From an uncultured Chloroflexia bacterium (GTDB lineage Bacteria; Chloroflexota; Limnocylindria; Limnocylindrales; CSP1-4), in assembly GCA_963813535.1 (NCBI GenBank), contig CAWEZH010000003.1, positions 576,001 to 640,000 of the forward strand: 64,000 nt of DNA, given 5' to 3'. Shown piece by piece: positions 1 to 10,039 of the stretch. The notes beneath the pieces are model-generated. The model saw only the letters and a list, made by a program, of their open reading frames with translations, was not told the origin of the DNA and did no database searches. The stretch's first letter is position 1; each line of letters opens with the position of its first letter. The position numbers and the translations under genes were made by a program.

Positions 1-209
1 CGCGAGCCTCGATCTCGATCACCGCTCGTCACGACGGCGAGGCGCTCCTCATCGAGGTGCGCGACGACGGTCCGGGCGGTGCCGCCGCCTATCGAGGCTC
101 GGGGCTGCAGGGGCTGGAGGACAGGGTGGCGGCGATCCGCGGCCGGCTCAGTGTCGATAGTCCGCCAGGCGGCGGGACCACGATCCGCGCCGTGATCCCA
201 TGCGCGTAG
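1..209 (+). CDS. Sensor histidine kinase (NarX/DesK type), C-terminal HATPase fragment, 5' truncated by window
   Basis: Frame from nt 3 reads ...LLIEVRDDGPGG...GSGLQGLEDRVAAIRGRLSVDSPPGGGTTIRAVIPCA*; overlaps the start of the NarL regulator. Confidence 0.85.
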   Translation, partial: RASISITARHDGEALLIEVRDDGPGGAAAYRGSGLQGLEDRVAAIRGRLSVDSPPGGGTTIRAVIPCA

Positions 210-847
210 TCCTGGCCGACGATGCCGTGTTCTTCCGGGAGACGCTGGCCACAGCGCTCGCCTCGGCCGGCTTCGAGGTGGTCGGCCAGGCCGGCGATGT
301 CGACGCCCTGCTGGGGCTCGTCGAGAACGCTCAGCCGGACGTCGCCGTGATCGACATCAGGATGCCGCCGACGCACACCACCGAGGGCCTCGAGGCCGCG
401 TCGCGCATCCGCGCCGACCATCCGCGGGTCGGGTTGCTGATCCTGTCGAACGCCGTCGAGACTCGTCACGCGCTGCGTCTCCTGCGAGATGCGCCGCAGG
501 GCGTCGGGTACCTGCTGAAGGATCGGGTCGCGGATCTCGCCGACTTCGTCGCCGCCGTGCGGCGTGTCGGGACCGGGGGTTCGGTCGTCGACCCGGAGGT
601 CGTGTCGGCCCTGCTCGGGCGCTCGCGGGGACGCGGACCGCTGGACGAGCTGACACCTCGCGAACGAAGCGTTCTCGGGCTCATGGCGGAGGGCCGATCC
701 AACGCCGCCATCGCCGAGCGGCTGGGGCTGACCGAGAAGACCGTCGAGGGCAACGTCCGCGTCATCCTCAGCAAGCTCGGCCTCGAGCCTGCAGCCGAGG
801 ATCACCGTCGTGTGCTGGCGGTCCTCACGTATCTGCGCCAGGAGTAG
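200..847 (+). CDS. NarL/LuxR-family response regulator
   Basis: REC domain (VLADD, VIDIRMPP, YLLK) plus LuxR HTH (LTPRERSVLGLMAEGRSNAAIAERL). Confidence 0.95.
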   Translation: MRVVLADDAVFFRETLATALASAGFEVVGQAGDVDALLGLVENAQPDVAVIDIRMPPTHTTEGLEAASRIRADHPRVGLLILSNAVETRHALRLLRDAPQGVGYLLKDRVADLADFVAAVRRVGTGGSVVDPEVVSALLGRSRGRGPLDELTPRERSVLGLMAEGRSNAAIAERLGLTEKTVEGNVRVILSKLGLEPAAEDHRRVLAVLTYLRQE

Positions 848-867
848 CGACCGTCACCCGAGGCGGA

Positions 868-1245
868 TCAGGACCTGTTGCGCATCGCCTCGGCTGCCAT
901 CTCGAGATAGGCGTCGAGCTCCGCAGCGACGTCGTCCGGGGGCGACTCGGCGGCGAGCGCGGCGCGCATGAGCTGGAGCCATCGATCGCGAGCCGCGACG
1001 TCGATGGCGAACGGGGCGTGGCGCATCCGGAGCCGCGGGTGGCCACGCTCCGTGTCGTATGTCCGCGGACCACCCCAGTACTGCGCGAGGAACAACGTCA
1101 GGCGGCGCTGCGCCGGGTGGAGGTCCTGGTCGGGATACAGCGGCCGAAGGATCGGGTCGGTCGCGACACCGTCGTAGAAACGGCCGACGAGACGCTCGAA
1201 GAACGGCATCCCGCCGGCGCGTTCGAAGAGGGTCGTCGTGGCCAT
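868..1245 (-). CDS. glbO: Group II truncated hemoglobin (globin)
   Basis: GG...FYDGV...DPILRPLYP, FLAQYWGGP.TY...GHPRLRMRH, RDRWL motifs. Confidence 0.9.
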   Translation of the reverse strand: MATTTLFERAGGMPFFERLVGRFYDGVATDPILRPLYPDQDLHPAQRRLTLFLAQYWGGPRTYDTERGHPRLRMRHAPFAIDVAARDRWLQLMRAALAAESPPDDVAAELDAYLEMAAEAMRNRS

Positions 1246-1330
1246 CGATGGCCGAGGATAGCGGCTCGCCTCGCGAGGCCTCCGTCCGCAAGGTGCGACC
1301 GCCGGCCGAGTCGCGACCGCTGGCCGGGTT

Positions 1331-1456
1331 CTAGCGGGTGGTGCGGGTCGAGCGTCGGACGCGCCGCTGTCGTTCCGCTCCGCGGAGGTTGGCCGCCGCC
1401 ACCTCGAGCAGGGCGAGGGCGCTGATAGCGATGATCACCATGCCGACGCTGTCCAT
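1331..1456 (-). CDS. Putative 41-aa small membrane protein (below ORF-track cutoff)
   Basis: MDSVGMVIIAISALALLEVAAANLRGAERQRRVRRSTRTTR*; hydrophobic helix plus basic tail; CACGAT -10-like element 7 nt upstream. Confidence 0.55.
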   Translation of the reverse strand: MDSVGMVIIAISALALLEVAAANLRGAERQRRVRRSTRTTR

Positions 1457-1583
1457 GACCTGGATCGTGCGCGTGCGATCGCCCGCTCGAAACCGGGCGA
1501 ACGTCCTGTCGTGGATAGGCCGGATGATGGACTTGCAGACGCCGATGTCGGCGCGTGGCGAGTTGGGTCCGCCCCTGGAACCC

Positions 1584-2111
1584 TCAGGCTGGCGAGGCGA
1601 GTGGTCGAGCGACGGTCCGCTTGCGGGCGCCGGTCAGCGGTCGAGCGTCGGGTGCGGGCTTGGCCGCCGGGACCATGACGCGGTGCGCCTGCGGCTCGAA
1701 GCTGAACGGCTTGACGGCATAGCGTGCCGCGATCAGCCATGTGCCGATCATCCAGAGGAAGAAGCCCAGCGAGGTCGGACGGTCGGCGCCGAAGATCTCG
1801 ACACGGGTCGCCGCCAGCAGGGCGCCGAACACCGCGAGTGCGATGCCACCGGTCGCCACGTAGCCGACCAGCGAGGCGGCCCAGCGGCGGCCGCGCAGGA
1901 GGCCGACGACCGCGATCAGATGGGCGATCCCAGCCGTCGTCCCGATGATCACCGCCCAGGTCGCGACCAGCGGCGCGAGATCGAGTGTGGGCACGACGAA
2001 CAGCGCCGCGCCGAGGACGACGAAGCCATTCAGAGCGGTCAGGAACGCCGCGAACCCGCGCGTGCCGCGCGAGAAGCGGATCGGGTCGTAGGTGCGGGCA
2101 GCGACGGTCAT
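1584..2111 (-). CDS. Hypothetical membrane protein (about 4 TM)
   Basis: Four hydrophobic segments; GAGAGGA SD-like sequence upstream. Confidence 0.7.
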   Translation of the reverse strand: MTVAARTYDPIRFSRGTRGFAAFLTALNGFVVLGAALFVVPTLDLAPLVATWAVIIGTTAGIAHLIAVVGLLRGRRWAASLVGYVATGGIALAVFGALLAATRVEIFGADRPTSLGFFLWMIGTWLIAARYAVKPFSFEPQAHRVMVPAAKPAPDARPLTGARKRTVARPLASPA

Positions 2112-2211
2112 CTGGTCGGTCCTCTCGAAGCATCCGGATCGATGAGCCGAGGATGTCCCACCGGGATCGACGAGGGCATCGTCACCTGCCGCGAAACAGG
2201 ATGGACGGATG

Positions 2212-2679
2212 TCAGTCCCTGGCCTGGGACTCGAGCGTCAGCCGCAACGCCTCGACGTCGAGCACCGCCGCCCGCTCGACCTGCGGTCGCGCCATCGACT
2301 CGAGGACGCGATAGCGCAGTGGCAACCCGATCCGGATCGACCAGCGCAGCTCCGTCGACCGCTCGGCGGTCCCGGGCGTCGGGCTGACGCTGGCGTCGAT
2401 CGCGATCGTGACCCCGTCGGCGTCGCGGCCCTGGAGCGCGAGTCGCGCATCGGGGTCGGCCGTGCTGACGTCGACGTCGAAGATGCCGGCGCGTCCCGCC
2501 GCGTTCTGCTCCACCACCAGGTGCTCGCCCGCGACCGCCGGGCCGGTCCGGTCACGGCGGATCGCGATGATGCCGCTCGCGATCAGCCAGCGTGGCCACG
2601 TGTCGAGGTCGACGATCGCTGCGAAGACGTCTGCGGGCGGGCGCGCGATGGTCGATTCCACCGCGACCTCGATCGCCAT
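2212..2679 (-). CDS. SRPBCC/polyketide cyclase-family protein
   Basis: MAIEVAVESTIARPPADVFAAIVDLDTWPRW N-terminus; TGATG coupling to the upstream gene. Confidence 0.8.
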   Translation of the reverse strand: MAIEVAVESTIARPPADVFAAIVDLDTWPRWLIASGIIAIRRDRTGPAVAGEHLVVEQNAAGRAGIFDVDVSTADPDARLALQGRDADGVTIAIDASVSPTPGTAERSTELRWSIRIGLPLRYRVLESMARPQVERAAVLDVEALRLTLESQARD

Positions 2680-3026
2680 CAGGTCGCCGACGCCGCGGCT
2701 GGGCGAAGTCGGAACGATGGTCCGAGACCGAGTCGCTCGGATGGCGTGCCGTAGCGCAGGATGAGCTCGCGGATCGCATGGGCGTGGTCGGCGCCGGCGA
2801 GCGGTTCGGCGACCGCGTCGTAGGTGCGCGAACCCACCTCGACGGTGCAGGATGGGTCCTCGAGCAGGTTCGATGCCCAATCGCTGGCCTCGTCACTCGA
2901 CGCCACGAGCAATGCGCCGTCGGGCTCCTCCACGAACCCGATCGATACCGGACGACGCTGTCCCGTGCGCCGACCCATCGTCCAGATCCGCGCGAGCCGT
3001 CCGTCCCGGACCAGCTCATCGGCCAT
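2679..3026 (-). CDS. Deazaflavin (F420)-dependent nitroreductase-family protein
   Basis: TMGRRTGQRR, ASDWASNLLEDPSCTVEVG motifs of the DDN family. Confidence 0.8.
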   Translation of the reverse strand: MADELVRDGRLARIWTMGRRTGQRRPVSIGFVEEPDGALLVASSDEASDWASNLLEDPSCTVEVGSRTYDAVAEPLAGADHAHAIRELILRYGTPSERLGLGPSFRLRPAAASAT

Positions 3027-3061
3027 CTGGCGATCGCCGTCCGACCGATGGCTCCCCAGGG

Positions 3062-5110
3062 CTAGCCCTCCAGGTCGATCGACGCGCCGTCGTAGGTGCC
3101 GCTGACCGTCGTGCCGCCCTCGGCGTCACGCTCGTAGTGGAGGCGGTCCCCTTCACCGGTCACGTCCAGGACGAACGTCCCGGCCTCGTCGTCCGAGGCG
3201 CCTGTGCCGGTCATGGCCGCACCGGGCGTGAACGCACAGGACGAGAGCTGGACATCGGTCCCCGCGTCGCTCGGTGTGTACATCACCGTCCCACCGAAGT
3301 CGCAGCCCATCGTCAGTGCCTCGTCTTCGTAGCGGTACTGGTAGTCGTTGCTGTAGAAGATCTGATCGTCGAGTGACGTGGCGAAATCGAGGCCGTCCTC
3401 GTAGTCGCCGACCTGCCGTGCGGCCGTCGGGACGAAGTCGTCGGAGACCGCTCCCTCGCAGGTGAGGACGCGGACGCTCGGAAGAGTGCCGCTCCCGAGA
3501 TAGTCGCCGATCACCTCGTCCGGGCACGTCTCACCCCACCCGAAGATGACGTGCGGTCCACCCACCGTCTGGATGAAGTAGGCGTCACCGAGCCGGGAAT
3601 AGATCCGCATCCCATTCGCGATCGGCGTGGCCGGATCGGTGGTCGAGGTCAGGACGAAGACCGGATAGGACGGATCGGCGAGCGGACCCGGTCGATCGGG
3701 CCGGGTGGTCGCGGTCGGCCAGTACAGGCATGGCAGGTCGCCGTAGAAGGTCGTCCCCAGCCGGAGGTCGTTGATGCCGGTCGCGGCACCATCGGCGAGC
3801 CACGCGTCGAGCCGGGCGTCGGCATCCGCCAGCCTCGGATAGAACGCGTAGTCCTGGCACTCGACCGCGTAATACATCGCGTCGGACCAGGTCGGGTCGA
3901 GTTCCGCCTCGAGGGTCTCCGGGTCGACCCCGATGCTGTCGTACGCGGCGCGCGCCAGCGGCGCGAAGTTGTCATGCGAAGCAGCCGCCAGGGCGCGCAG
4001 GAACATCGCCCGGTCGCCGGGGCTGTAGATGTACCCGAACGCGGCATTCTCCAGGTCCGCCACCGACAGCTCGCGCTCGGTGGTCGTACCCTCCGCTGTC
4101 GGGAAGTCGATGGCGATCGGCGCCGCGGCCAGCCGCGCCTGCAAGTCGTCGTAGGCCGCCAGGGCATCACCGCCGGCGATGTCGGCCGCGCAGGCCTCGT
4201 CCGCGGTACAGGCGTCCAGCGTCGCGACCAGGGTGTCCTCGGCCGATCTGGCCGCCTCGACGTAGTAGGGGATGGCCTCGACCGTCAGGTCGACCGGGCC
4301 GTCGACGAAGAGCGCCGCGATCCGCTCTGGGTAGGCGGCGGCGTAGTACTGGACGAACTGTGTCCCGTAGCTCTCGCCGTAGAGGTGTAGCGTCTCGGCG
4401 CCGAGATGGGCCCGGACCGCCTCGAGGTCCTCGATCGCCTGGACCGTCGAATACAGCGGGAGATCCGACTCGGCGATGCCGGCTTCCGCGATGCAGTCGG
4501 ACGAGAACGTCTGGGCAGCGGTCGCGACATCCGCCCGTTGTGCCGGGTCCTGGGCGCGAGCGGTCGACGCGTAGTACGTCGCCGCGGCCGATACGCACTG
4601 GATCGGACCCGACAACCCGATGCCGCGCTGGTCGATGAAGACGATGTCGTAGTCGTCGGTCATCGAGGCCGGGTAGGCGTCCGTATAGCTGTCGGCCGAC
4701 GAGATCCCGGAGGTCCCTGGTCCACCGGTGATCACGACGAACGTCCCCTTCTTCGTCCCCGCCGCGCGCTGGATCGCATACGTCACGTCCCACGTCGGAC
4801 CGCCCGGTTCACCGTAGTGGTCTTGCGGCACCGTCAGCGTGACGCAGGTGAAGCGGCTGTCGGGGCACGGGGCGCTGGCCTTCTCCTTGTACCCACTCGC
4901 GGTGGGCGCCCCCGGTGAGCCGTCGGGCGCGGGCGGCGATCCCGATGCGTCGACGGCGGGCGCCGCGGATGTGGTCGGCGCGGCGCCCCCACCGGGCGGA
5001 TACGTCCAGCTGGCCCCGCTCGCCGGTGCACATGCGACCACGAGCGCCGTCGCCAGCAGGGCCGCTAGCGCGCCACGCAGGCGCCCTCCCGATCGTGCGC
5101 GATCATTCAC
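3062..5110 (-). CDS. Lipoprotein alpha/beta hydrolase (TAP-like tripeptidyl aminopeptidase family)
   Basis: Lipobox VVAC; GGPG, DQRGIG.S, GESYG nucleophile elbow, DPATP, catalytic His in GGPH. Confidence 0.85.
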   Translation of the reverse strand: MNDRARSGGRLRGALAALLATALVVACAPASGASWTYPPGGGAAPTTSAAPAVDASGSPPAPDGSPGAPTASGYKEKASAPCPDSRFTCVTLTVPQDHYGEPGGPTWDVTYAIQRAAGTKKGTFVVITGGPGTSGISSADSYTDAYPASMTDDYDIVFIDQRGIGLSGPIQCVSAAATYYASTARAQDPAQRADVATAAQTFSSDCIAEAGIAESDLPLYSTVQAIEDLEAVRAHLGAETLHLYGESYGTQFVQYYAAAYPERIAALFVDGPVDLTVEAIPYYVEAARSAEDTLVATLDACTADEACAADIAGGDALAAYDDLQARLAAAPIAIDFPTAEGTTTERELSVADLENAAFGYIYSPGDRAMFLRALAAASHDNFAPLARAAYDSIGVDPETLEAELDPTWSDAMYYAVECQDYAFYPRLADADARLDAWLADGAATGINDLRLGTTFYGDLPCLYWPTATTRPDRPGPLADPSYPVFVLTSTTDPATPIANGMRIYSRLGDAYFIQTVGGPHVIFGWGETCPDEVIGDYLGSGTLPSVRVLTCEGAVSDDFVPTAARQVGDYEDGLDFATSLDDQIFYSNDYQYRYEDEALTMGCDFGGTVMYTPSDAGTDVQLSSCAFTPGAAMTGTGASDDEAGTFVLDVTGEGDRLHYERDAEGGTTVSGTYDGASIDLEG

Positions 5111-6297
5111 CGCGCTCGTTGCCAGGATTTGCCTTCCGTCTGGGTCGAGGGCGCATAGACCATCTCGACGCGCTGCATGTCGCGGATCGTCCGTGCGCCG
5201 AGGGCGGCCATCGACTGACGCAGGGCGCCGACGAGGTTCTCGCTGCCATCTGTCACATGGGCCGGCCCGAGCAGGATCCGCTCGAGCGAGCCGGTCGTGC
5301 CGACCTTGATGCGCGTGCCACGGGGGAGCGTCGGGGACGGGGCTGCCATGCCCCAGTTCATGCCGCGTCCGGGCGCCTCCTCCGCACGTGCAAGCGGCGA
5401 CCCGATCATCAGCATGTCGGCACCCGCAGCGATCGCCTTGGCGAGCTCGCCACCTCGGCGCATCCCGCCGTCGGCGACGACCGGCACGTACCGGCCGGTC
5501 TCATTGAAGTAGGCGTCGCGAGCGGCCGCGACATCGCTGATGGCGGTCACCTGCGGCACCCCGATGCCGAGCACCTCGCGCGTCGTGCACGCGGCGCCAG
5601 GCCCGACCCCCACGAACACGGCGGCGGCACCCTGTTCCATGAGCGCGAAGGCCGCGTCCGCGTTCGTCGTGTTGCCGACCGCGACCGGGATGGGCATGTA
5701 GCGGGTGAACTCGGCGAGCGACAGCGGGTCGTACTCGCTCGCGATGTGGCGTGCCGACGAGACCTGGCTCTGCACGAGGAAGAGGTCGGCACCGTGCTCC
5801 GCGCTGAATGGCCCGAAGCGGCGCGCGACGGCCGGGGTCGCCGCGACCGCCGCTTTCGAGCCCGCCGCATGGATCGACTCGATCAGCGCCGCGATCAGGT
5901 CCTCGCGGATGGGCTGTCGGTAGGCCTCGGCAAGGACGTCGTGGACATCGGCATCGGGTGCCGTGGCGATCCGCTCGAGCACCTCGTCGGGATCGTCGAA
6001 CCGAGCCTGGACCCCCTCGAGATTGAGGACGGCGAGGCCGCCGAGCCGTGCCAGCTCCCCGGCCATCCGTAAATCGACGACCGCGTCCATCGCCGAGGCG
6101 AGGATGGGGACCGCCAGGTCGATGCCGCAGAACGTCTGGGAGAGGTCGACGTCGGCCGGCTCGATCGTATCGGTGCCCGGCGCGAGCGAGACATCCTCGA
6201 AGCCATATGTCGGACGGATGGTGTCGACCTTGGACCGGAAGGCGCGGCGTGCGGCCGCCGGAGTGCTTGCTTCGGGTACGTCGGTCCGGTCGATCAC
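5107..6297 (-). CDS. GuaB3-family IMP dehydrogenase-related protein (no CBS domains)
   Basis: YGFEDVSLAPG, ASAMD, GVGPGAACTTR catalytic loop, ADGG, WGMA. Confidence 0.9.
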   Translation of the reverse strand: MIDRTDVPEASTPAAARRAFRSKVDTIRPTYGFEDVSLAPGTDTIEPADVDLSQTFCGIDLAVPILASAMDAVVDLRMAGELARLGGLAVLNLEGVQARFDDPDEVLERIATAPDADVHDVLAEAYRQPIREDLIAALIESIHAAGSKAAVAATPAVARRFGPFSAEHGADLFLVQSQVSSARHIASEYDPLSLAEFTRYMPIPVAVGNTTNADAAFALMEQGAAAVFVGVGPGAACTTREVLGIGVPQVTAISDVAAARDAYFNETGRYVPVVADGGMRRGGELAKAIAAGADMLMIGSPLARAEEAPGRGMNWGMAAPSPTLPRGTRIKVGTTGSLERILLGPAHVTDGSENLVGALRQSMAALGARTIRDMQRVEMVYAPSTQTEGKSWQRAR

Positions 6298-6377
6298 GTC
6301 GCCCTCCCTGCCGCCTCACGGTGGGCCGCCTCGACCCCGAGTCTACCGCGCACGGTCGGCCGTCGCGCCCGGACCGG

Positions 6378-6890
6378 TCATGACGGACGGGGCTTGCGAT
6401 CGCCGTCCATCGTCAACTCGAACCAGATCGCCCGTTCGGGATCGGTGAGGTCGTCACGGATCCGCTCGATGGCCGTCCGATAGCCGGGCCAGATCACCTC
6501 GGCATGCGCGTCCTCGAGAGCGATCCAGCGGGCTGCATCGTGCTCATCGGACACGGTCGGTTCGGCACCATTGCGGATCCGCACCGCAAAGACCGCTGCG
6601 ATGACGATCGCGTCGTAAGTCGGCTCGTGGAACTGGTTCACGAAGTCCAGGTCGTAGAAGGCCTCGATATCGTCGGGCCCGTAGCCCGTCTCCTCGCGCA
6701 GCTCGCGGAGCGCGCCGGCCGCGACCCGGTCATCGGCCTCGAGCGAGCCCGAGACGCATTGCCAGAGGCCGGGCAGGATCTTGGCGGACCCTCGGCGCAT
6801 GAGCAGGATCTCCGTACTCGCGACATCCCTCGCGGACATGACGGTACGGAAGACCCAGCAGTCGACGAGATCGGGTCGCATCGGGCTCAC
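6378..6890 (-). CDS. NUDIX hydrolase (NudB-like); start approximate
   Basis: WQCVSGSLEADD...ALRELREETG Nudix box; SDEHDAARW. Confidence 0.85.
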   Translation of the reverse strand: MSPMRPDLVDCWVFRTVMSARDVASTEILLMRRGSAKILPGLWQCVSGSLEADDRVAAGALRELREETGYGPDDIEAFYDLDFVNQFHEPTYDAIVIAAVFAVRIRNGAEPTVSDEHDAARWIALEDAHAEVIWPGYRTAIERIRDDLTDPERAIWFELTMDGDRKPRPS

Positions 6891-6942
6891 TACGTGCACG
6901 CCTCCGGCTCCAGAGTATCGACCCAGGCATGACCCACGCCGG

Positions 6943-8196
6943 TCACCTGTGCCCGTTCGCCATCTTGATGGCGTCGGGCCGGCCGCGTAGCCGGAACATG
7001 GCGATGATCCCGACGACAGGACCCAGCGCGAGCACGAGCCATGCCAGCCGCCAGGTGTCGGCACCGCTCGGATCGAGCAGGCCGACGCCCAGGATCGTGA
7101 CGCTCGTCAGGGTGAAACCGACCGCGGTCTGGACCGAGAGCGCCGAGCCTGCCGTCCCGGGCGGGGCGAGCTCGGACACGGCTGACGAGAACTGGGCAGA
7201 GTCGGCAACGACCGATACGCCCCAGATGACGGCCACGAGGACGATGACCGGGATCGGCGCGCCGAACAGGATGCCCGCGACGATCGCCGACGTGCCGGAC
7301 GTGCCCAGCGCGACGATCGTGGTCGTCGTCCGGCCGACTCGATCGGCGATGCCACCCGCGACCGCCGAGCCGACGCCCCCGGCGGCGACCACGACGAAGG
7401 CCGTCAGCGAGGCTGCCGCCGGATCCGTGACGCCAGCAGCCGCGAACGTCGCGATCAGGAAGATCGGGATCCACGTCCACATCGCGAACAGTTCCCACAT
7501 ATGGCCGAAATAGCCGATCGACGCCAGCCGGACCGATGGTTCTCGGAACGCGGCGGCGGCGATCGCAGGCGAGAAGCGCGGGGCCGCGATGTCGAGTGGG
7601 CCGGCCCGCGCCGCCAGGCCCACCAGTACCGCACCGACGATCGCTGCCACGCTCGTCGCCACGACGACCGGTCGCCAGTCGACCCCCGCGTACACCCCCA
7701 GAGCGCGGAACAGGAACGGCAATGCCACGCCGACCGTGAGCGCCCCGTTCACGACCCCGATCGCCAGGCCGCGGTCGCGCCGGAACCAGCCGGCGGCGAG
7801 CTTCATCGCGACAGGGTAGACGGCGGCGAGTGCCGCTCCGGTGAGGAACCGAAACGGGACCGCAGACGCCGGGTCCGTCGCGACGAGCCCGAACCCGAGG
7901 TTCGCGAACGCGGCGATCATCGCCCCGACGGCGAACAGGCGTTGGCCGGGGATCACGTCGGGCGCGCCGATCGCCGCGAGTCCGATCGCACCGACGGCGA
8001 ACCCGAGCTGGACGACGACGGTGAGGAACGGGAGGTCGAGCAGACCGACCGTCCACTCCTCCCGGAGGATCGGCGCGACTGCAGCCGCGGCGAAGGACGG
8101 CGACATCGCGAGGACCATGCCGACGCTGAGGATCAGCAGCTGGATCCAACGCTCGGATGGCTCGTCCCCACGCTCGCCTGTAAGGGCGACCGTCAC
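6943..8196 (-). CDS. MFS transporter
   Basis: About 12 TM; GYFGHMWELFAMW, ADRVGR, VADSAQFS; GTGA overlap with the upstream gene. Confidence 0.9.
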   Translation of the reverse strand: MTVALTGERGDEPSERWIQLLILSVGMVLAMSPSFAAAAVAPILREEWTVGLLDLPFLTVVVQLGFAVGAIGLAAIGAPDVIPGQRLFAVGAMIAAFANLGFGLVATDPASAVPFRFLTGAALAAVYPVAMKLAAGWFRRDRGLAIGVVNGALTVGVALPFLFRALGVYAGVDWRPVVVATSVAAIVGAVLVGLAARAGPLDIAAPRFSPAIAAAAFREPSVRLASIGYFGHMWELFAMWTWIPIFLIATFAAAGVTDPAAASLTAFVVVAAGGVGSAVAGGIADRVGRTTTTIVALGTSGTSAIVAGILFGAPIPVIVLVAVIWGVSVVADSAQFSSAVSELAPPGTAGSALSVQTAVGFTLTSVTILGVGLLDPSGADTWRLAWLVLALGPVVGIIAMFRLRGRPDAIKMANGHR

Positions 8197-8615
8197 GCGG
8201 GATCCGTCGGGATCATCGTGTACACGACGCACGTGCCCGTCAGCACCTCGGTGCCATCCGATCGGCGGGCGACACAGCGGAGCGTGGTGATCGGCTTGTC
8301 CGCACGGGCATCGATGACCTCGGCCTCCGCCGTGACGGTGTCGCCGATGTAGACCGGTGACGGGTAATCCCATTCCTGATGGAGGAAGACGCTGCCGGGT
8401 CCCGGCAGGACCTCGGCGACCAACGCGTTGAACAGGCCGGTCGTCAGTCCGCCGTGGACGACGAGTCCGCCCGGGCGGGTGCGGCGCGCGAAATCCTCGT
8501 CGAAGTGCAGCGGGTTCCGGTCACCGGTCAGGCGCGCGAAGGCCTCGACGTCATCTGGCGTGAATGTCTTCGTCCAGGTCCCGCGCTGGCCGACCGCGGG
8601 CGGCCTCCATGGCAT
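8193..8615 (-). CDS. MaoC-family dehydratase
   Basis: FARLTGDRNPLHFD...VVHG hydratase motif; PVYIGD. Confidence 0.9.
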   Translation of the reverse strand: MPWRPPAVGQRGTWTKTFTPDDVEAFARLTGDRNPLHFDEDFARRTRPGGLVVHGGLTTGLFNALVAEVLPGPGSVFLHQEWDYPSPVYIGDTVTAEAEVIDARADKPITTLRCVARRSDGTEVLTGTCVVYTMIPTDPA

Positions 8616-8620
8616 CGGCC

Positions 8621-8950
8621 CTAGAGCCGTTCGTACCGGTCGACCGGGACGACGAAGACCGTGGCCCCGCCCACCTCGACCTCCAGCGGATACGGCATGA
8701 AGAACTCGCCGGGCTCCATGATCGGCGGCATCGGGTTGACCACCTGCGTGCGCGAGGTGCACGTCTCGCGGATGACGGCGAGGACCTCATCGACGTCGTT
8801 CTCCTCGACGCCAAGGAAGATCGTCGCGTTCGAGCGCTTGAGGAAGCCGCCGGAGCTCGACACACGGGTCGCGCGGAACTCCTTGTCCAGCAAGGCATCG
8901 ACGAGTGCGCCAGCGTCCTCGTTATGCACGATCGCCACGACGAGCTTCAT
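8621..8950 (-). CDS. darA: Cyclic di-AMP receptor, PII-like (DarA/PstA/YaaQ)
   Basis: MKLVVAIVHNED...ATRVSSSGGFLKRSNATIFLGVE...EVGGATVFVVPV, 109 aa. Confidence 0.92.
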   Translation of the reverse strand: MKLVVAIVHNEDAGALVDALLDKEFRATRVSSSGGFLKRSNATIFLGVEENDVDEVLAVIRETCTSRTQVVNPMPPIMEPGEFFMPYPLEVEVGGATVFVVPVDRYERL

Positions 8951-8957
8951 CGCGCGG

Positions 8958-8987
8958 AGTATCCGCGGCGGGCATGCGCGTGGTCAA
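8958..8987 (-). promoter_or_regulatory. Sigma-70-type promoter of darA (leaderless)
   Basis: TTGACC-18 nt-GATACT-7 nt-ATG on the minus strand. Confidence 0.6.
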
Positions 8988-9054
8988 CGCGCCTTCTGCC
9001 GATTCGGGCGGTGTACGATGCGGCCTCCGAACCAACGCGTGCAGGAGTCCACCC

Positions 9055-10038
9055 GTGTCCGACGGTCCGTCCCGCGACCCACGAAGCCCGTTGCCCGCGG
9101 CGATCCAGGCAGCGACAGGCGACGATCTCGATGCGGCGCTGCGCGGGATCATCGACGCCGGGGTCGCCGGGCTGGGGCCGACCGGCGCCGCGATCTTCCT
9201 TTCGGATCCGGATCGGGCTGGCCTCCAGCTCGCCGCGTCGGTCGGTCTCGATGAGACCGATGCCGGGACGCTGGCAGAGGCCACCGCCGGTCAGGCCGCC
9301 CGGTACGACCAGGCGTCGTCGGACGGCGAATCGCTCGTGGTCACCTCGGTCCCATTGGTGATCGGGCGGGGCGGCGTGGAATCGACACTCGGCGCACTGG
9401 TCCTCTCGTGGCCGGCTCCCCACACCACGTCAGATGACGATCGCGCCGTCATCGAGTCACTTGCGGCGCTGGCGGCCCTTGCCGCCGATCGTGCCCGCCG
9501 GGCATCGGACAGCGCTGAGCGGTCCGAGTGGTTCGAGCGGATGGCCCACACCGACCCGCTGACGGGCCTCGCCAACGAACGCACCGTGGCGCGCGTCCTC
9601 GAGCTCGAGCTGGCCCGCGCCGGTCGACAGGGCAGTGAGGTCGCGCTGGCGCTGTTCGACGTCGACGATTTCCGGTCGGCCAACGCCAGCGATGGCCAGC
9701 AGGCCGGGGATGACATCCTGCGTCGCGTCGCGGCGGTCCTCGCCGAGTCCGTCCGCCTTGTCGACACCGTCGGGCGGATCGGTGGCGACGAGTTCGTCCT
9801 GGTCGCCCCTGGCGCTGCAGGTGCCATCGTCGCCCGGCGCGTGCAGGACGGGATCTCGGCGCTGCCAGCGACCTCGGGTCGAGGCGTGACCGTCTCGGCC
9901 GGTGTCGCGACCTTCCCCGCCGACGGCGGCGACGTCGAATCGCTGATCGCGGCGGCGAATGCGGCGCTCGAGCGGGCGAAATCCGCCGGCGCTGGGACCG
10001 TCGCGGACGCCGAGCCGGTTCCCGGAACCCCGACCTGA
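9055..10038 (+). CDS. GAF-GGDEF diguanylate cyclase-family protein
   Basis: GAF-like N-terminus, TDPLTGLAN, RLVD I-site, GGDEF; CAGGAG SD before GTG 9055. Confidence 0.88.
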   Translation: MSDGPSRDPRSPLPAAIQAATGDDLDAALRGIIDAGVAGLGPTGAAIFLSDPDRAGLQLAASVGLDETDAGTLAEATAGQAARYDQASSDGESLVVTSVPLVIGRGGVESTLGALVLSWPAPHTTSDDDRAVIESLAALAALAADRARRASDSAERSEWFERMAHTDPLTGLANERTVARVLELELARAGRQGSEVALALFDVDDFRSANASDGQQAGDDILRRVAAVLAESVRLVDTVGRIGGDEFVLVAPGAAGAIVARRVQDGISALPATSGRGVTVSAGVATFPADGGDVESLIAAANAALERAKSAGAGTVADAEPVPGTPT

Positions 10039-10039
10039 G

